Of a stretch of 64,000 nt of DNA, positions 36,700 through 50,059 are shown one piece after another. Location of the stretch: NCBI GenBank assembly GCA_030390025.1, contig CM059444.1, positions 46,748,001 to 46,812,000 on the forward strand, written 5' to 3'. Each line of letters opens with the position of its first letter. Positions within the stretch are counted from its first letter, which is position 1. The notes below the pieces were generated by a model, which worked only from the letters and a program-made list of their open reading frames with translations, had not been told where the DNA came from and made no database searches. A program made the position numbers and the translations under genes. This stretch comes from Squalus acanthias (taxonomy: Eukaryota).

Positions 36700-38620
36700 A
36701 TATGTGATAAAGTACCACATAATAGACTTGTTAGCAAAATTGAAGCCCATGGGTTTAAAGAGGCAGTGGCAGCATGGATACAAAATTGGCTAAGAGACTG
36801 AAAGCAGAGAGTAGTGGTGAATGGTTGTTTTTCAGACTGGACGGAAGTATACAGTGGTGTCCCCCAGGGGCCAGTATTAGGACCACTGCTCTTTTTGATA
36901 TATATATTAATGACCTGAACTTGGGTATGCAGGGCACAATTTCAAAGTTTACAGATGACACTAAACTCAGAAATGCAATAAACAGTGAGGAGGATAGTAA
37001 CAGACTTGAGGAGGATATAGACAGACTGGTGAAATGGGCAGACACATGGCAGATGCAAGTTAACGCAGAAAAGTATGAAGTGATCCATTTTGGTAGGAAG
37101 AATGAGGAGAGGCAATTACCCGGATTTTGCAGTAGTAATGACGGTGAAACTGTCAGCATTCGTCGTCAGTGCCCCTCTGAAACTGACCGCAACTTCAGGA
37201 TTTAGTGCCTGTGCAGATAAACGTGGAATTCCTGAAGTTGTAGTCAGTCATTCCCTGCTCCACCACAGGCTGTGCTGTGGAACACCCCATAGCCAGCAAT
37301 CACTGAAATCACTTGAACTGACGAAAACTTCCCCTTTTCCGCTCTAATATTGCTGTTTAAAAATCCCATAAAAAGTTAAGCCTTGTTCAATGAGGTGTAA
37401 CTGGGTTTTTAACGGTGTTATGAGTAATAACTACTGCTGAACAACCGTTCTGGCCCTGAAAAACTAATTTAATATTTGTGGAATGTCAAATTTCTCCATT
37501 ACGATAAAAGTTACTAGATTTTTAATAAAAAGTATTTATTATTATTTTTCTTTAAAGTTTATGATATTTCAACTTCTACTTTAACCCCATGTGTATGTCC
37601 CAACCTTTATTTTGCTCTCTGTAAAATTAAAAAGTGACTGATAAAAGCTGCTTTTTATTTCCTGGTTTGCTATCTGTGAGAATTCTTCAATGTGATTGGC
37701 TACTTAGCCAGCTTGATGACATCACTGCTGCTGCATGCTGGAGATTCTCTTTAGACAGCGCTACAATGAAATTAACATTGTTTTAAAGATTTTGCCACAG
37801 AGATCGCGAGATGTTTATGGGCAGCTTTCTTCGAGGTCAGCAGCAATCGCCGTCACTTCGCTACTGACTGCAACTTCCAGGCCAATATAAACTAAATGGT
37901 ACAATTTTAAAGGGGGTGCAAGAAAAGAGAGACCTGGGTGTGTATGTACACAAATCTTTGAAAGTGACACAAGTTGAGAAGGCTGTTAAAAAAGCATACG
38001 GGGTCCTTGGCTTTATAAAAAGTGGCAGAGAGTACAAAAGCAAAGAAGACATGCTAAAACTTTATAACTCATTGGTTAGGCCCCAGGAGGAGTATTGTGT
38101 CCAATTCTGGCCTCCACACTTTAGGAAGGGTGTCAAGGCCCTAGAGGGTGCAGAGGAGATTTACTAGAATGCTACGTGGAGCGATTCGGAACTTCAGTTA
38201 CATGGAGAGACTAGAGAAGCTGGGGTTAATCTCATTAGAGCAGAGAAGGTTAAGGAGAGATTTAATAGAGGTGTTCAAACTCATGAAGTGTTTTGATAGA
38301 GTAAATAAGGAGAAACTGTTTCCAATGGCAGGAAGGTCGGTAACCAAACGACACAGAGTTAATTTAGTTGGCAAAAGAACAAAAAGGCGAGATAAGGAGA
38401 AATGTTTTTTAACGCAGCAAGTTGTTATAATCTGGAATGCACTGCCTGAAAGGGTGGTGGAAGCGAATTCAATAATAACTTTCGAAAGGGAATTCGATTA
38501 AAAAAAAATGTGCAAGGCTATGGAGAAAGGGCAGGGAAAATGACAAATGAATAGCTCTTTCAAAGAGCCTGCACAGGCACGAGGGGCCGAATGGCCTCCT
38601 TCTGTGTTGCACCACCCTAT
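36700..38620 (+). mobile_element. CR1 LINE 3' fragment split by a MITE
   Basis: RT peptides (IYINDL, KFTDDTKL, YCVQFW); flanks of the MITE rejoin as GGCAATATAAAC, matching the empty site near 57940. Confidence 0.85.
37117..37883. mobile_element. Harbinger-type MITE, family A-related
   Basis: 3-bp TSD AAT (37114-37116 and 37884-37886); TIR-like ends CCCGGATTTTGCAGT / ACTGCAACTTCCAGGCC. Confidence 0.8.
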
Positions 38621-39373
38621 CAATTATTCAAGAACATATTTGTCTACTCACTGAATATCGACCAGGACCCTGAAAGAATTAATGCCTTTAATGCTATTGT
38701 TCCATGTTTGCATCCTATTAAAGGCTCTAAATAAAATGGCATTTATTTTAGAGTAGCACATCACACACTTGAAAAATAACTACAATCCCACATTTTTAAT
38801 CGAAGAGCACAAGCTCAAGGTCTGTATGTGAAAACAAACTGCTTTTAAATCCACACTGCTAAATATAGCTACCACATCTCTTTATCACAGGCCATTATTG
38901 TTACATTTATTTTCTAAACTTCTATTTGAACACTCTGTCGCCCAGCAACAACCTACAAGTACCTTCAGACCTTTTGATTTAATCATCAGCCCTCTTGGTC
39001 TTGAATCTTTCTATATATGGATTATGGTGATTTTACCAGGATACAACAGTGATGCCCATAAGACTTAATCCTCAGCACCCCATACAGTACATCAGTTCAT
39101 ACAAAATAATCTTACCCAGACAAACATCAACTTTTCATTTTCACTAAGGGGGCAAAATTGCCAACAAATTTCATTTTTAATTCAAATGTTGGCATAGTAT
39201 TTCACAAACGATATTCACAATCAATTTCTGAAAATCCGAGCACTTATAAAGGCAGATCACTTGATAATAGATTTTTTCCACTTGATAATAGATTTTTTTC
39301 AACCAATTTAAAGCACATTTAGTATCATGCTTTAGCAAAGTTCGAAAGGTGTTCAGCCGCAATTTTACCATCT

Positions 39374-41094
39374 TTGTGCTCACGCACCTGGGTTCAGTGC
39401 CGCAAAAGGTTCAATGATCTGCTACTCTCAGCAAAAGTGAGTATAACATCACACTTACCTTCAATCTGCTCCCCATCTCCTCTCATCACCAGCACTCTGC
39501 ATTGTCAACCTACTCCTGCACATCCCAACTTACCCTTACATCCCTTGCACCCTTAACCATCCCTCTCTATGTATAGAATCACTCCACCATTCTACTATGC
39601 ACCCCTCACACTCGCTATCACTGTTATGCAATGGCAACAACTAACAACGCACAGGGAGGGCCCTTGGTATTGGCACCTCACTCCATCTTTGTCTTCCTCT
39701 AAGGATCTATGCTATGGATTCTCTACACTCACTCCAACATTCTCGCTCAAACTCCACTTGCGTCCCTCATTGCATGAAGAGAGAGCCCACAATAAGAGGA
39801 GGACAGGAGGAGGGCCACCTTCCATGGCGCACTTGACCACCACTGAGGAGGCTGCTATCGACATCGTCGGAGGTGCTGAGGAGCTGGAAGTGGGGGACGG
39901 AGAGACGGGCACAGTAGAGCAAGCTGGTGACAGAATAGATTTGCAACCCTCTCATTTAGATTGCATGAGTGACTGATATGGCATCTGATGTTCATACAGA
40001 TTGAGTTCTGATCATCTGCGCAATTGGATGTGTCTGCTACGTTAATATCACGTCTAACTCATGCCTTTACTCCCCCACAGGACCATCGAGAGCCCCCCTC
40101 CCCATTGTTCAGGAGGAAGAGCCAGAAGACTCCTCAGAGGAAGCTGCAACCTGAGGGTGCAGTGTCAGCAGAATTGAGCACACCCAGCACCAGTGCAGAG
40201 ACGCACACCTCGGTGGGTCATTCGCGAGATAGATTAGTGTTGTCACCTGGTGTATCACAGCTCACAAGTAAGCATCAGCAGATGGTGGAGACAAGGACAG
40301 CAGTCGAGAGTCCTCGTCGGAGGGCGCGGGACGCTCCTAGCTCTGCTCAGCTGCATGTGGACGCTGTGCCTCTGGGGCCATCCAGAAAGAGAGCGGTGCT
40401 GGAACTTCAGGAACAAGTGCAGGAGTCTCTGACAGGGTTTGCAACCACTGTAACTGCGAGAGTGCACAGAATGGAGGAGTCCATCTCAAACATGAGCAAT
40501 GCCGTGGTGCACTCAATGGCAAATGTAGGTGCCGCCATTGAAAGGATGGCAACCTCCATGGAGGACATAAATCGCCAGACGCAAATGAACATGGTGACTC
40601 TTCTAAATAGATGGCCTGCTATGGAGGATAGATGGGCATCTATTGAGGAGAGGAACCAGAGGTACATGGACGTCCCCGTTATGAGGACTGTCAGTACAGA
40701 GACGGATCCTCATGGCCCCACTGATGTGCAGCAAGGTGCTCTCCAGCTACTTGCTAGCAGTGAAGTGCGGGTGACCCATGAGAGAGATGTTGGTGGTCGA
40801 CAACAAGGAAGTGTGGGCTCCTCTCCAAGTGCTCACACTCCCATGCCACTGTGGAGCCCTCGGTCACAGTCCCAGACTCCTCACCCAACTGAGATGGCCA
40901 TCTCAGCCCCTGCACAGCCGCAGGAGGAACAGACTGTTGCCGAGCCCTCTCAGGCTCTCAAACCCAGAGGACGCCCGCCAAAGACGTCGAAGCAGGTGCA
41001 GCATGGAAGTGAGCAAGGTGCCTCAACATCTGCTGAAGCCACAGGGGAAGCACCACGTAGAAGCACGCGCAAGAGAAAGCTAACACACAAATAG
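39374..41094 (+). pseudogene. Harbinger Myb/SANT-like DNA-binding protein gene, 5'-truncated, spliced
   Basis: RTWVQCRKRFNDL then donor gtgagt (about 39437); middle exon RRTGGGPP (about 39776-39927); last exon after cccacag at 40081 ending in basic PRRSTRKRK. Confidence 0.75.
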
Positions 41095-41379
41095 TCACAA
41101 GGGTAGTCACTTGGTGTTTTGATCTAATACAGAGTGAAGATACTCATCATTATTTCAATTGTAATAAAGAAATGCGATGGCAAAGATTCAAAGAGTTGGC
41201 CTATGTGTGCTCAGAAATGGAAGTGTCACAGTGAAGGGTCAGGGCGCCATTCCTCTGTAATGATGGTGGTGAGAGTGATAGGAACCCACAGTTTATTGTA
41301 CAGATGCTGTATGGTGTATTAAGAAGGTCGGCCAGACACTTATTTCCATGTGCCAGCCACATGTGTTTGCTGCGTAAAC

Positions 41380-42519
41380 TTACGCGAATCTGGCATGGAT
41401 TAGTGCATCCCTTGCCTCACGGCCAGCAATGTGCTCGCGTGCTGGTGGAACTGGCACATCCGCCTCCGCAAGGTCTTCCTCCTCCGAGGAGGAGGAGGCT
41501 GTGCGCTGAGCCACTTGTTCCTCAGGCAGCGGTAAGCCACGCTGCTGTGCGATGTTGTGCAGTGCACAGCAGACCATGATGATTCTGGAGACCCTGGCTA
41601 GTGCATACTGCAGGGCTCCACCAGATCAGTCGAGGCATCTGAATCGCATTTTGCTTCTGGTGGAAATGTGGCTCACATTTGTACCGCTCCTCGGCTTCAT
41701 TTGATGGCCTCCTCATCGGTGTCATTAGCCACGTCTTCACGGGATAGCTCTTGTCTCCAGGTAGCCATCTGGAAAGTTGGGTTGGCAGATTGAACAGCTG
41801 AGGCACAGTAGACTGCCGCAGGATGAACAGGTCATGGCAACTGCCAGGGAATTTGGCGCAAACATGCATAATGTTCTTCCTGTGGTGTTACACCAGCTGG
41901 ACGTTAAGGGAGTGGAAGCCCTTGCGGTTGACAAATACAGCCGGGTTATGATGGGGTGCCCTAATGGCCACATGTGTGCAGTCTACGACGCCCTGCACCC
42001 TTGGGAAGCCTGCCATATTTGCAAAGCCAACCGCATGCACGGTTACACTCGCTTCATCCGTGGAGAAGTGGATGTAATTGTGCGGCTTTGCAAAGAGGGC
42101 ATCGGTAACCTGTGTGATGCAAGTGTGTGCGGCCGACTGGGAAATGCCGCTGATGTCTGCTGCTGATCCCTGGAAGGACCCTGAAGCAAAGAAGTTGAGT
42201 GCGGTGGTGACTTTGACAGCCACTGGTAAGGAGTGTCCACCCGCTCCTCTGGGCTCCAGGTGTTGGTGCAGCATTGTGCAGATGTCAGTGACTACCTCTT
42301 GCGAAAGTTTCAGCCTCCTTTGGCACTGCTGCTCACTCATGTTGAGGAAGCTCATCCTCGGCCTGTAAACCCTGTGTTGGGGGTATCTCCTGCGGCGCGG
42401 TGCAGCCCTGCGCTGACGCCCTCTGCCGCATCAGGTGGGTGAGAAGGTTGGCGCTCCTGCCGCGGCTGCTCTTCCTCCGATTCTGAGGACCAGGATAAGA
42501 GGGTATAAATGGTTCCCAT
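41380..42519 (-). pseudogene. Harbinger (HARBI1-family) DDE transposase, frameshifted
   Basis: [49 protein letters not shown] spread over broken frames. Confidence 0.9.
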
Positions 42520-44599
42520 TCCGCTGGTATATATCTCAGTTGAGGAATAGATGTTATAAGCGCTCAGTCAATGTGGGGAGAGGGTTTTCCAAGGAGCTCA
42601 CATTGCATATGGATCTCAGCTTAAACAAGCTCAATAGACCTGCAAAATGTGTTCCAAAACCTCAAAACACAAAGTTCTGGCATCTGAAAGTCAGCCATGT
42701 TAAAGGTCCGCTTTTATGCTGCAGGTGCAGCTGTCAAGAATTCAGCGAGTTGCTGAACCCGGCAACATGCTGAAAATGTAGTAAAATGGGAAGAGCCTGT
42801 TATAATGGGATTATGTAGGCAGTTAACAAGCTGTTAACTGCCTTAAGTGCCTCTCCCGCCGCTTGGTGTCGGGTCTCATCGGGACTTGCAGACCCGACAC
42901 TCTGTAAAGTTGCATGGAGGCGGCTTCGCAATCCACCGTCAATCATTTTGATTTTCACTCCTGACCCGTCTCCAAACCCGCCCTCTGAGCGCTGGCAAAA
43001 TAGTTTCAAAGCAGAACGCAATCCAATTAAATTTGGACGTCAAAATCTTGAGTGCAGGATTGTTCACCACTACTTTGCACGAGACTAGCTGGTTTATGGC
43101 TATTGACTGTAGCAGTTCAAGAAGGTGGCTCACCACCACCTTCTCAAGGGAAACTAGGGAGGAGCAATAAATGCTGGCTTTGCCAGCATGTCCACCCATC
43201 AAGGGCTCAAACCTGTTGTGGGGAGTTGTCTGATGACAAACTAATTACGAAGCTCCTGGGGGAAAGTTGGTAAGGTCTCTGGAGGTCAAGGTAGCTCTAA
43301 AGTGACATGCCTAGCGATGGAAGCTCAGAATCAAGTCAACCCTCTGTGATGGACTCTACCCCAAGAATAGCTCACTAATACCCCAAGAATGGCTCACTAA
43401 TGGCACCTGGAGGATTAAACCTATCACTGGGGACCATAATTCTTCCCACTCGACTCCAGATAGGCTTGCAAGTCAGGTAGGGTAGTCCTAGCTGGACAAG
43501 CAGCATGATGCAGTTCTAGTAAGCATGGTGTTAGCTAGTTAAACTCCAGCAGTTCCCCTGTGTACACATGGGGATCTCGAAGCCTTGCCTCTGCCAACCT
43601 GCTTTTAAGTTCTCTGAACTTGGGTAAAAGAGTTGTATCCCCGACAAGTGGAATATGCACTCAGTTGGGCAGACAGAAACCTTATAGGTAGCTTGATCTG
43701 GAGGGTCAAACCTGGCGAGGGATTTTTGAACATCAGAAATCCAGTTGATGGAAAAAAAAAAACCTCAAGTGGGTTATGTTATATGAATCCCCAAGATGTA
43801 ATACATTCTTGAAACAAACTCTACACTGCTTTATTCAATACAATATGCACAGGTTGACTTTGTGGAGATAGTTTTATTCTGTTTTTTGGCAATTTATTTC
43901 AAGGGCGAATATTGTGAATGTCACTCTGGATTGCAAAGTGGCAAACTTTCATGATTTAAACTGCAATGATATCTGGTTTCATTTGACTGCATGTTACAAT
44001 AGCCTCAGCATATTGTAGCTTCAATGTTAACCTATGTATAAAAAAAGACTCAAAACCACCCAAACCCAGAAAATATCATGCCCCTGATCATATCCACAAC
44101 CAATCGCTCTTCTCTATACATAGTTTTATTTGTTTTAAAATAACTAGATCTGGGGGTTTTACTGGAAATAAAATGTGTGGCCTTCTCACGTGACCGGGAA
44201 AAAGACATTTACTGAAGAAACAAAACGGTCTTCTACTGATTACAGTACACCTGCATATTATTATAACCTAGCAATTGTTACATGTAAACCACAGATAAGA
44301 AATGAATATCAAAATGACTTAATGAAGCGCTTGCAGCCTGTTGAAATACTTTCATTATTTAATCTGGAGACTGCTTCAAGTGTGTGTTCTACACAAAGAA
44401 GAAATACTGGATAAGTACCTCTTATGATATCATTTTAATATGCTACATTGTGTACAGTCTGATGAGTACACTCCTAAGTACTACAGGCCTACAAGAACTC
44501 TCTTTACAGCCTTAGCAAAATTTCACCTCAAAAAGAACCTCACTTTTAGAAGAACAGTAGCAATAGCACCATCTAGTGACCATTCTGAAGTACAGCAGA

Positions 44600-44950
44600 A
44601 GAAAAACAAAACTTGCATTTATGCAGTAACAAATCATATCTTTTACTAATGTCTCACTGTGCCTAATGTACAATAAAATAACTCTGAGGTACAATAACTG
44701 TTATGCAGGCATGTGATAGCCATTTTGCATACAGCAAAATCCTACAAACAGCAATTAAATGAATGACTAGTTAATTTGCTTTTGATGGTTTTGGTTAAGC
44801 AAAGAATGGTGTCCAGCACACCGGGAAAACTCCCTACTCTTCTTCAATTAGTGCAATAGGATCTTTAACATTTAGACAAAACTTGGTTTAACATCTCATT
44901 CAAAGAATAGCATCTGCAAAAATGATACACACTCTCACTACTGCACTAGT
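44600..44950 (-). mobile_element. Degraded DeuSINE (SacSINE1-like)
   Basis: Tail AAAACTTGCATTTAT and body similar to 54365-54640 and 62752-62880. Confidence 0.6.
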
Positions 44951-44955
44951 TCGCC

Positions 44956-47900
44956 GTCATTACCCCTCTGAAACGGACTCTAACTTCAGGATTTAGCACA
45001 TGCGCAGCTAAACGTGGAAATCCTAAAGTTGCGGTCAGTCATTCACTGCGCTGTGGAACCCCCCCCCCCCGCCTAGTCAGCAATCAGTGGAACAGATGAA
45101 AACTTAAGCTTTTCCGCACTAATATCGCTGTTAAACACCCCATTAAATGTTCAGCCTTGTTGGAATACATGTAACTGGGGTTTTAATAGAATATTGACTG
45201 CTAAGTAACTGTACAGGCCCTGAAAAATAAATTTTATTTGTGGAATTTCAAATTTCTCCATGATAAAAATTACTAGAATTTTTTTTTAAACTTTTTTTTA
45301 AAAGTTTGTTCATGATATTTCAGCTTCTACCTTAACCCCATGTGTATACCCCAATCTTTATTTCGCTCTCTATAACATTTTTAAAAAGTGCAGATAATCA
45401 GTGCTTTTTATTTCCTGGTTTGCTGTCTGTGAGAATTCTTTAATGTGTTTGGCTGCTAAGACAGCTTGATGACATCACTGCTGTTCTTCGCTGGAGTTTT
45501 GACAGCACTACAATCAATTTCACGTTGATGAAGCTAAAGTTCTCGTGAGATCACTGTGGGCAGCTTTCTTCAAGGTCAGCGACGATCGCCGTCGCTTCAC
45601 CGCTGACTGCAAATTGCGGGACAATGTCAATTTTGAGATCTTGGTCATTAACATGGTCAAAAAGAGGTTCTTAATCATTTTTGGCCAATCAAAGTGTATT
45701 TTATTTCTGTTCAAGGCGAAGGATGTCATTGCTGCTGAGAAGAACACTTTCCATTTCAGGCACCAGTGACAGTATCAAAACATGCCCGAGCCAAATACAG
45801 TATAGTTAGATGAAGATTAAAGCCCCCGATTGTCTGCTTTAACAATGCATCTTAGAAGAGCACCACCAGCTGCACCAATGTGGCATTTTTAAACTTCCCA
45901 CACCAACTAACCTGTGGCCTAAGTGAGCTTCTCAATTTATTATCAATTGGTGCCAAATGTTTCAAACCGTTTTCTGCCGTGGCTCCCATCTTCAAGTTAG
46001 TGGGTGCAGGGAGGCAGAAGAAAATTAAAGCTAAAACTGAAGGAAAATAGGTTGTTTCATTTATTTTAAATTGTGATTTTAGTTTAGGGTCAATGTTACA
46101 GTAATAAAGCTGTTCATGAGTTTGAGCACATTTATTATTGTATTTTATCAGCATCACAGTGGAGGAGTTGAAAACATACAAAAATGGTTGGACCAGGAGA
46201 TAAGTTTCCCCAAACCTGCCAGCAATGGTCAGGGGCTGAAGGGCACCAAACAAAATTACAGGGAACATTGCCTGCCAGTAGTCCGAGAGTTATAACCTTC
46301 AGATAGACAACTTTGAACTGCACTGCCCATCTTCAACAACAATAGTGTTGGAAGAATGTTTTTCTCTAAACCACAGGCTTTCAAACTGGGGTCTTTGAGA
46401 AGTTCTAAGGGGGCCACTAATTTCCAAATTTTCTGTATTTGCTGACTTATTAGCATATTAATTCTGTTGCATTTAATTCAGATGTTTTCTACAATGATGG
46501 TAGTGTACTCCTTTGCTTGCTGACACTGTCTGTCAGAAGCATGGGAAGGGAGTTCCCTGAAGTGTGTCAATATTTGCAGGGAGTCCCCCACACAGAAAAT
46601 TTCAAAAACCACTGCTCCAAACTAGTCTGAGGTATTATGCAAATATATGCTATCATAACTTTAAAAATAAGTAGTGCTGGACTGGCAATAATTTTAGCAA
46701 CCACCTGCCTCTGCAACCAAATTCAGACACAATCCACCGTTGTTGAGGCTCCAAGGCAGCTGACCCAGTTATCTCAAGTGCCTAAATTTCCTCCTCTAAA
46801 CTGCAGCTCTAAATTGGCCAACTGCTGCCTCAATCTTTGCCGCTACTGTCCCACTGCCTGTCATTTCTTGCTTAGGTTTCTATGCTGCATCTGTCACCCT
46901 GACTCTCTTGGATGTTCACAGCTTCTCCAACGTCCTTGCACATCACAATCTACTTCTATCTCCTTGTTGCTCACAGCCCTCACTAACCTTCCTGCTGTCC
47001 ACAACCTTCTGTGACATCCTTGTCGCTGACCTTCCTCATGTATACTGGACTTCACCAACCCTATACAGAATCCAACCTCCTCCAATCTTTCTCAACAATC
47101 CCAGAACCACCACTGGTTACCCCCATTCATCATGCCCTTACTGCAATGACTTCATTACCAAGTCTAGCTCTCTGCCTCTTGTCCAGGTAATTTAAGTTAT
47201 GCCCTTGTGTCCAATTGTGTTTGTACACTGGCTGCCGTACTGGACCCAAGCCCCCTCCACTATACTTTTGCACATCTTAGTCCTGCTCCACTATTTCTTG
47301 CTCTCCATTTTTCCTTTAATGCCTTTTCTTTTTTTCAAGCAACATTTCCCATCCAGCTCCCAGCCACCCTTATTCTTCTTGCAGATCAATCCCTTCCCCT
47401 GCTGCTGTTCAACTTCTCGAGTCGCTTCTGGGTGATCTTCAGCCTCCTTCTGCTCAACCATTGGTGTTGCCTGGCACACCAACCAATGCTAGCTCTTCCT
47501 GAGTAGCAACACCAACTGGTGCATCTCTGTCTCCTGGCAACAATCCCATCCTTCTTCAACCTTCTCCCTCCCCAACCTCATTAGCGAGTCATATACGACC
47601 ACTTGCTGCATATTGCCCTTCAAAATGTTCATTCCTTTGTGAGCAAGGTCACCACCATCCACAACCTCATCGTGTATGAATGAATTAGCATTTTGCTGCT
47701 GACAGAAATCTGGCTTATAGACGGTTATTTTTTCTTCCTCACCTTGCCCTTTGATCTTTTCACTCTGACCTCATTCATGTCCATCCCCTTCCCCCTTAAC
47801 TCTAGTAGTGGCGGCAGAGCTTAGACCCATTTCAGTTATAGTGTGTGGGACTCCCTCCCCGAAATCCCTCTGACCCAAAGCCTTAAAAAGCCTTCTCAAA

Positions 47901-48790
47901 AACCATCTCCTCAACCAAGCTTTTGATCCACTCTCCTAACACGCACACAAATACTCAATATATGTTCCGCTTCCTTGCCTCTGATGCGCCTTGGGATGTT
48001 TTACTATGTTAAAGGCATTACATAACGGCACATGATTCCTTTCCGATCCATTTAAACTACATGTTATCTCTCCCCCATGGCACTGTTGTAACCCACTTCC
48101 CATCTGGTACTTATTGCCCCCACCAATTTCAACCCAGAGATAAAATTAATAATCACCTAAAAAGCCGTGGATTGAGTACAGCCATATGATGTAAAAGGCA
48201 AGTCGTGTCTGACAAATTTAATAGAGTTTCTTAGGCAACTAACGGACTGTATTCACAAAGGAAATGCCATGGATGTTGCGTATATAGATTTTCAAAAGGC
48301 TTCGGGAGGCAGACTGCTTTAAAGGGAGTGTTACAGTATGGATAGGAAGCTGGCTGAAGGACACAAAACAGAGAGCAATGGTTCATGGATGTTTTTTGGA
48401 TTGGGGGAATATAAGCAATGCTAACCTCCTGAGGTCTGTGTTGGGAACATCAAGATCTGGATTGGTACAGGGGGCAACATATGAAAATATGTAGATATTT
48501 TGAGCGTGGTTAACTGTGGAGAGAACTGTAAGCAGTTTCAGGAAGATACAGACAGGTTAGTAGATTGGACAGATAGATGTCAAATGAAATTTATCATAGA
48601 GGAATGTGAGATGATACATTGTGATTGGAAGAATAAGGACATGTACACTAAATGGTAAAAATGGAAAAAGAGCAGAGACATAGAGGTCTGGATGCACACA
48701 TTTCAAAATGGGATGGCAAGTTAACAAAGTTGTTTAAAAATAAACGTCTGTGACCGTAAGTTTTATAGACTACAAAAGCAAACAGATGAT
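44956..48790. repeat. Tandem duplication, copy 1 (MITE, hAT-like MITE, L2 fragments, CR1 fragment)
   Basis: Colinear with 48791-55100 including unique flanks. Confidence 0.88.
46374..46614. mobile_element. hAT (Charlie-like) MITE
   Basis: Ends resemble CAGTGGTTTTCAAACT (caggctttcaaact / tttcaaaaaccactg); the duplicate is split by the CR1 at 50060-52788. Confidence 0.5.
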
Positions 48791-49163
48791 GTCATTACCC
48801 CTCTGAAACTGACCGTAACTTCAGGATTTAGCGCATGCACAGCTATACGCAGAAACCCTGAAGTTGCAGTAAATCATTCACTGCGCCGCCACAGGCTGCA
48901 CTGTGGACCCCTATCCCCACCCCCATAGCTAGCAATCAGTGAAATCAGTGGAACTGATGAAAACTTAAGCTTTCCGCACTAATATCACTGTTAAACACCC
49001 CATTAAATGTTAAGCCTTGTTCGAACAGGTGTAACTGGGGTTTTAACAGTGTATTGACTGCTAAACAACTGTTTTGGCCCTGAAAAACTAATTTTATATT
49101 TGTGGAATGTCAAATTTCTCCATTATGATAAAAATTACTAGAATTTAAAAATAAATATATATA

Positions 49164-49569
49164 CAGGAAACTCTTTATTAACCGGCACCGACGGGACCGG
49201 CGTGGTGCCGGTTTATCGAAAGTACCGGATAACGGAGAGTTATATCTACCGAGGCTATTTTTAACAAAGAAAAATAAATAAATCAAGAAATGTGCAGTAT
49301 ACTTCCGACAGCGCCAGGAGGCCGAGCAGTGGCACTTTTGAAAACTACCCCTACTGACTAAATCGGCGTTCGCGGACTCGGACTTGGACTCGGGATCGGC
49401 AACATTGCCGGTTATTTGAGAGGAGTTTTCGGAGTACTCGGCGTTCGCGGAGACTCGACTGCGACTCGGCAACATTGCCGGTTATTTGAGAGGAGTTTTC
49501 GGAGGATGATTTTTGCCGGTTAAGCGAGAATTCCGGATATTTGGGTGCCGGATAAACAAAAGTTTCCTG
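49164..49569. mobile_element. Tc1/mariner (pogo/Tigger-like) MITE
   Basis: 26-bp imperfect TIR CAGGAAACT...CCGGCACC, inserted after a TA run; absent from duplication copy 1; internal ~70-bp tandem repeat. Confidence 0.8.
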
Positions 49570-50059
49570 TTTATTTTTAAGTTTGTTCATGATATTTCAG
49601 CTTCCACCTTAACCCCATGTGTATGTCCCAATTTATATTTCGTTCTCTGCAAAAAAAAAATTTAAAGTGCAGATAATCAGTATTTTTCAATTCCTGGTTT
49701 GCTGTCAGTGAGAATTCTTCAATGTGATTGGCTGCTTAGACAGCTTGATGACATCACTGCTGCTCTTCACTGGAGTTCCCCTTTTGACAGCGCTACAATC
49801 AATTTCACGTCAAGGAAGCTAAAGTTCTCGCCACAGAGATCATGAGATCTCTGTGGGCAGCTTTCTTCCAGGTCAGCGACAATCGCTATCGCTTCGCCAC
49901 TGATTGCAAATTACGGGCCAATGTCAATTTTGAGTTGTCATTAAAATGATCAAAGAGGTTTTCAGTCATTTACCACAGGTTTTCAAACTGGGGTCTTTGA
50001 GAAGCTCCAAGGGAGCAACTAATTTCCAAATTTTCTGTATTTGCTGACTTATTAGCATG

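Larger units (their letters stand above)
39370..43008. mobile_element. Decayed autonomous-type PIF/Harbinger transposon, left end missing
   Basis: Convergent Myb/SANT-like gene and DDE transposase gene; right end resembles family B MITE ends. Confidence 0.88.

Noticed and set aside
39257-39300. Short tandem duplications (also about 16893-16930 and 43358-43401)
   Set aside because: Ordinary slippage duplications of 19-22 bp.
41380-42519. Host HARBI1 gene
   Set aside because: Frameshifted, paired with a Myb/SANT gene and a transposon end; it is a TE copy.
46637-47014. Duplicated 125/130-aa ORFs (also 52965..53357) as a novel gene pair
   Set aside because: No domain or splice structure; explained by the tandem duplication of repeat-derived sequence.
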